Source: a bacterium
Lineage (GTDB): Bacteria; JADJOY01
DNA length: 64,000 bases
Direction: 5' to 3'
Assembly (NCBI GenBank): GCA_046331705.1
Contig: JAXLQJ010000001.1
Span: forward strand, 186,001 to 250,000
This document shows positions 60,588-64,000 of this stretch, piece after piece. The notes beneath the pieces were generated by a model. The model saw only the letters and a list, made by a program, of their open reading frames with translations, was not told the origin of the DNA and searched no databases. How positions within the stretch are numbered: the first letter of the stretch is position 1; each line of letters opens with the position of its first letter. A program made the translations under genes and the position numbers.

Positions 60588-61819
60588 ACGGCCGGGCCGC
60601 TCGCGCGCTCGGCGCCGTGCTGGTGAGCGCGCTCGCGTCTTGCGCGCCACGGGTCGCGGAGCTCCCGCTCGAGAGCCCGCTCGCGGCGGCGCGCGGCAGC
60701 GAGCCGGGCGCCACGAGGGTCCGCACCGCGTTCCAGGGAGGATTCGACGCGAGCGCCGAGGAGCAGATCCGCTTCGTGGCCGAACGCCACGAGCTCTGGG
60801 TGCTCAGCGGCGGCCCGGCGAAGCTCGCCAAGCTGCGGGCGGCGAACCCCAGCGCGCTGGCGCTGCGCTACGCGAAGATCGGCGGCCTGCACGGTCCCGT
60901 GACTCGCCCGCCCGCGGGAGACCCCGATTGGGCCGAGGTGGAGCGCGGTGACCTGATCGCCCGCGATCCGAGCGGACGCGCCGTGCGCAACACCGAGAAC
61001 GGCTGGTACTACGTCGACATCCTGGAGCCGGGGCACCGCGCGCGATGGAGCGAGCTCTTGATCGCGCGGCTGGCGGTCGATCTCGAAGGCTACGACGGCG
61101 TGATGCTCGACAACGCCGGCGTCGTGCACGCGTCGCTGATGAGCGCGCGACCCGCCGAGTACGACGATGCACGCTATTTCGAGGCGGTGCACGATCTGCT
61201 GCGCCGCGTGCGCGCGGCGCTGCCGGGAAAGACCATCGTCTTCAACTCGTACGGCGGCTTCGCTCCACCCGAGCTTCGCGGGCCCACGCTGCTGGATGTC
61301 GCCGACGGGATCTACTTCGAGGGCTTCTCGTCCAAGGTGAACGGTGCCGCGTTCGGCCGCGCGCGGCTCACCCAGCAGATCGGCGACTTCGCCGCAGCCG
61401 CCGCGGCGGACAAGATCACGGTGGCGCTCGACTACGTCCCGGCCACGGATCTCGACGGCAGGCTGCGCTCCCTCGCCGCATTCTTGCTCGGTGCCGGCGA
61501 GCGCTCGTATCACTTCGTCACCGACCCGCGCCTCGGGACTGCCGTGCAGGAGTATCCGGAGGACACCCTCGACCTGGGGACGCCGCTGGGAATGCTGCGC
61601 GCCCGCGCCGACGGGCTCGTGAGCCGGCGCTACGAGCGTGGCCTCGTGCTGCTCAACGCCGACGAGGCACCCGTGGTCTTCGACGTGCCGGGCACGCGGC
61701 CCGTCGAGACGTTGCGGCTCGCGGGCGGAGGAGCGTTCCCGAGCGCCGGTTCGCTCGAGTGGGTGCCTGCGCCCCACCGTCTCACGCTGGCCGCGCAGAG
61801 CGCCGCGATCATCCGTTGA
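60584..61819 (+). CDS. Lipoprotein putative glycoside hydrolase (GHL15-like), catalytic-type domain only
   Basis: GTGA overlap with GT2; ALASC lipobox; GGLHGP..PP.GDP.W, GYDGVMLDN, GIYFEGF shared with the two paralogs. Confidence 0.72.
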   Translation: MNGRAARALGAVLVSALASCAPRVAELPLESPLAAARGSEPGATRVRTAFQGGFDASAEEQIRFVAERHELWVLSGGPAKLAKLRAANPSALALRYAKIGGLHGPVTRPPAGDPDWAEVERGDLIARDPSGRAVRNTENGWYYVDILEPGHRARWSELLIARLAVDLEGYDGVMLDNAGVVHASLMSARPAEYDDARYFEAVHDLLRRVRAALPGKTIVFNSYGGFAPPELRGPTLLDVADGIYFEGFSSKVNGAAFGRARLTQQIGDFAAAAAADKITVALDYVPATDLDGRLRSLAAFLLGAGERSYHFVTDPRLGTAVQEYPEDTLDLGTPLGMLRARADGLVSRRYERGLVLLNADEAPVVFDVPGTRPVETLRLAGGGAFPSAGSLEWVPAPHRLTLAAQSAAIIR

Positions 61820-63245
61820 AGCGATAGGCGCGGAACTCGGCGTTGCGGAAGGTGAGCTGGAACCATTCGGGGTGGCGCGAGACGATGCCCCCCAGGCGGT
61901 TCTCCTCGTCGAGGCCATCGACCACCCAGCGAACGCGAACGCTCCTCAGATAGGCGGCGAGCTCGTCGTCGGACGCCACGTGCGGAACGACGGCGGGACG
62001 GCCCGTGAAGAGCGAGATCGCGCGCGCCTTGCGGAACGCGATCACGTCGTCGGGCGCGGTGCGCGAGCGCAGGAACGCGAACAGCTCGCGGGCACTGGCC
62101 GTCGAGACGCCGCTCGTGAGCGGACCGAAATCGAGGGTGGTGTAGCGCGCGCCGTAGCTCGCGAGCGCCGCGGCCACGAAGAGCGCCGGCAGCGCGCGAT
62201 GCGCCCGCTCCAACGCGACCAGCGCGTAGGCGAACAGCAGCGGCAGGATCGGTAGCAGGAATCTCGTGCCTTGCTCGCTCGGCCACGCCAGCACGATCCC
62301 CAGATAAGGCACCAGGAACGCCTCCGCGATCGAGACTCCACGGCGCACGCGCGCGGCCCAGCCGACGAACGCCAGCACGATCGTGAGCCCGGTCAAGGCC
62401 GCTCGCGGGACGAGCCAGTAGCCGTTCGCCCACACCACGGAGAGCGCCCGCGCGTACACGTCGAGGTTTCGCACCACGATCATCGGATCGTTGCGAAGCT
62501 GATCGGTGTAGCTCGCCTCGGGCGGCAGGATGCGCGACTGGATCGCGAATCCCACGCCGTACACCACCGCGGCGATCACCAGCGAGCGCGTGATGCGCCG
62601 CTCTCGCACCAGCTCGGCGAGCGCGAGCGCCGCCATCAGCGTGATGCCGACCGTGCGTGTCGCGGTGGCGACGAAGGCCGCGAGCCCCACGGCGGCCGCC
62701 GTCGCTGCCCGCGCTCGCGCGCTTGCATCGGGACGCTCGAGCCGCTGGGCCAGCGCCAGCGTCGCGTACACGAACGCGAGGAAGGGAAGGTCCGAGAGGA
62801 CTTGGTCCTTGAAATCCCAGAGCCACGGATTGAAGCCCAAGAGCCCGACGGCGGCGTAGCGGATCCGCGGCGATGCGATCGGGCGCAGCGTGCGCTCGAT
62901 CAACACGAGCGCCACCAGCAGGAACGCGATGCACTCGATCTTCATCGCGGTGAGGTTGAGCTCCGGCCAGGTGGCCGCCACGACTGGCGTCAGCAGCAGC
63001 GGGAAGACCGGCGGGTAGGCGCGTGGTCCGGTCGCCGCGGTGGCCGGGTTGTAGACGTAGCCGGTCGCCGCGTACGGGCGGCCCTCGACCAGATTGCGCG
63101 CGTGCTGGACGTACTGCGCGAAGTCGGCGCCCCAGTCGTGGCCGTCGCGGATGGTCGCGAGCTGGAACGCGCCGATCGCGAGAATCAGCACCGGGAGCGC
63201 GAGACGCGCGATCGGGAGCGGGTGCCGGGACGCGCGCGGTTGCAC
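61809..63245 (-). CDS. GT-C fold membrane glycosyltransferase (ArnT/GT39-like)
   Basis: WGADFAQY..A.NL, YPP.FPLLL, LSDLPF, TR..G, RFLLP; start uncertain. Confidence 0.72.
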   Translation of the reverse strand: MQPRASRHPLPIARLALPVLILAIGAFQLATIRDGHDWGADFAQYVQHARNLVEGRPYAATGYVYNPATAATGPRAYPPVFPLLLTPVVAATWPELNLTAMKIECIAFLLVALVLIERTLRPIASPRIRYAAVGLLGFNPWLWDFKDQVLSDLPFLAFVYATLALAQRLERPDASARARAATAAAVGLAAFVATATRTVGITLMAALALAELVRERRITRSLVIAAVVYGVGFAIQSRILPPEASYTDQLRNDPMIVVRNLDVYARALSVVWANGYWLVPRAALTGLTIVLAFVGWAARVRRGVSIAEAFLVPYLGIVLAWPSEQGTRFLLPILPLLFAYALVALERAHRALPALFVAAALASYGARYTTLDFGPLTSGVSTASARELFAFLRSRTAPDDVIAFRKARAISLFTGRPAVVPHVASDDELAAYLRSVRVRWVVDGLDEENRLGGIVSRHPEWFQLTFRNAEFRAYRFNG

Positions 63246-63316
63246 TGGCTCAGACCGGATTCGATACGGGTGGCGGGTCGCGCGCGCGGGCTCGGCTGCG
63301 AGCGCGGCTGCCCGCG

Positions 63317-64000
63317 TCACGGCCCGATGCGAAAGACCAGCAGGTCGCGCAAGATGGGCGTGTCGAGCGGCTCTCCGCCTACCTGCGTGGCATCGAAGAA
63401 CCAGCCGGTCACGAACGCGAAGCCGCGCGGATCGAGCGCCACGGCGATCCCGAGGTCCTCGCCCGCGCCACCGAACGAGCGCGCCCAGCGCGTCGCGCCG
63501 TCCGCGCCCGCCAGACGGGTCACGAAGATGTCCTTGTCGCCCGCGCTCACCAGCGGGCCGCCGCCGAAATCGACGCTGCCGCTGAAGAAGCCCGTCACGA
63601 CCACGTCGCCGTCGGCGCGGGCCGCCACGCCGAGACCTTGATCCGAGCCGGCGGCGCCCAGGCTCCGCGCCCACAGCGGATTGCCGGTCGCGCCGTCGAG
63701 CTTCGCCACCAGCACGTCCTCGTCCCCTGCGCTGGAGAGGCGCGCGTTGCCGAGATCGTCGGTGCCGTGGAAGTAGCCCGTGAGCGCCACGTGGCCGTCG
63801 GGAGTTCCCACGACGCTGAGGCCCTGATCGACGTCGCTCGAGCCGAAGCCGAGCGCCCAGAGGGCGTGCCCGTCTTCCAGTCCGAGCTTCGCGACGAACA
63901 GGTCCTGACCACCGTGGCTGCGAAGCTGCGTCGAGCCGAAGCGCGGATCGTGGGTGAAGAAGCCCGTGATCAGCAGATTGCCGACGGTATCGCTCGCGAC
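63317..64000 (-). CDS. Beta-propeller repeat (SBBP-like) protein, 5' truncated by window edge
   Basis: Frame open from 64000; repeats of G..D.G..VA....G.V.VTG.F..LxSxG..D.FVAKL...G...WA. Confidence 0.8.
   Translation of the reverse strand, partial: VASDTVGNLLITGFFTHDPRFGSTQLRSHGGQDLFVAKLGLEDGHALWALGFGSSDVDQGLSVVGTPDGHVALTGYFHGTDDLGNARLSSAGDEDVLVAKLDGATGNPLWARSLGAAGSDQGLGVAARADGDVVVTGFFSGSVDFGGGPLVSAGDKDIFVTRLAGADGATRWARSFGGAGEDLGIAVALDPRGFAFVTGWFFDATQVGGEPLDTPILRDLLVFRIGP

Noticed and set aside
63595-63912. Frameshift in the terminal propeller gene
   Set aside because: The 63317 frame is open to the window edge; the 63595..63912 ORF is a shadow frame

Overview
High-GC (roughly 70% by eye) bacterial window; the gene content (multiheme cytochromes, sigma54 sites, MYXO-CTERM-like and FxDxFE-type C-termini) suggests a diderm such as Myxococcota/Deltaproteobacteria or Acidobacteriota, but the taxon is inference. 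The left ~36 kb holds mixed accessory and housekeeping genes: secreted repeat proteins, tldD/tldE, glgP, phospholipase D, an ACP + acetoacetate-CoA ligase pair, GMC oxidoreductases, multiheme cytochromes and an 8-copy ~157-bp intergenic tandem array. An IS remnant and a lower-GC adhesin-like gene follow. The right ~24 kb is a Wzy-type exopolysaccharide locus that appears wired to c-di-GMP at several levels. Its priming sugar transferase carries a C-terminal PilZ-like domain. Two paralogous secreted glycoside-hydrolase-like genes each sit behind a copy of the same module (GTCA-N6-TGAC box, sigma54 promoter, c-di-GMP-I riboswitch). There is a third lipoprotein paralog and a BY-kinase homolog lacking the Walker A lysine. 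All family assignments are by motif recognition; no searches were run.
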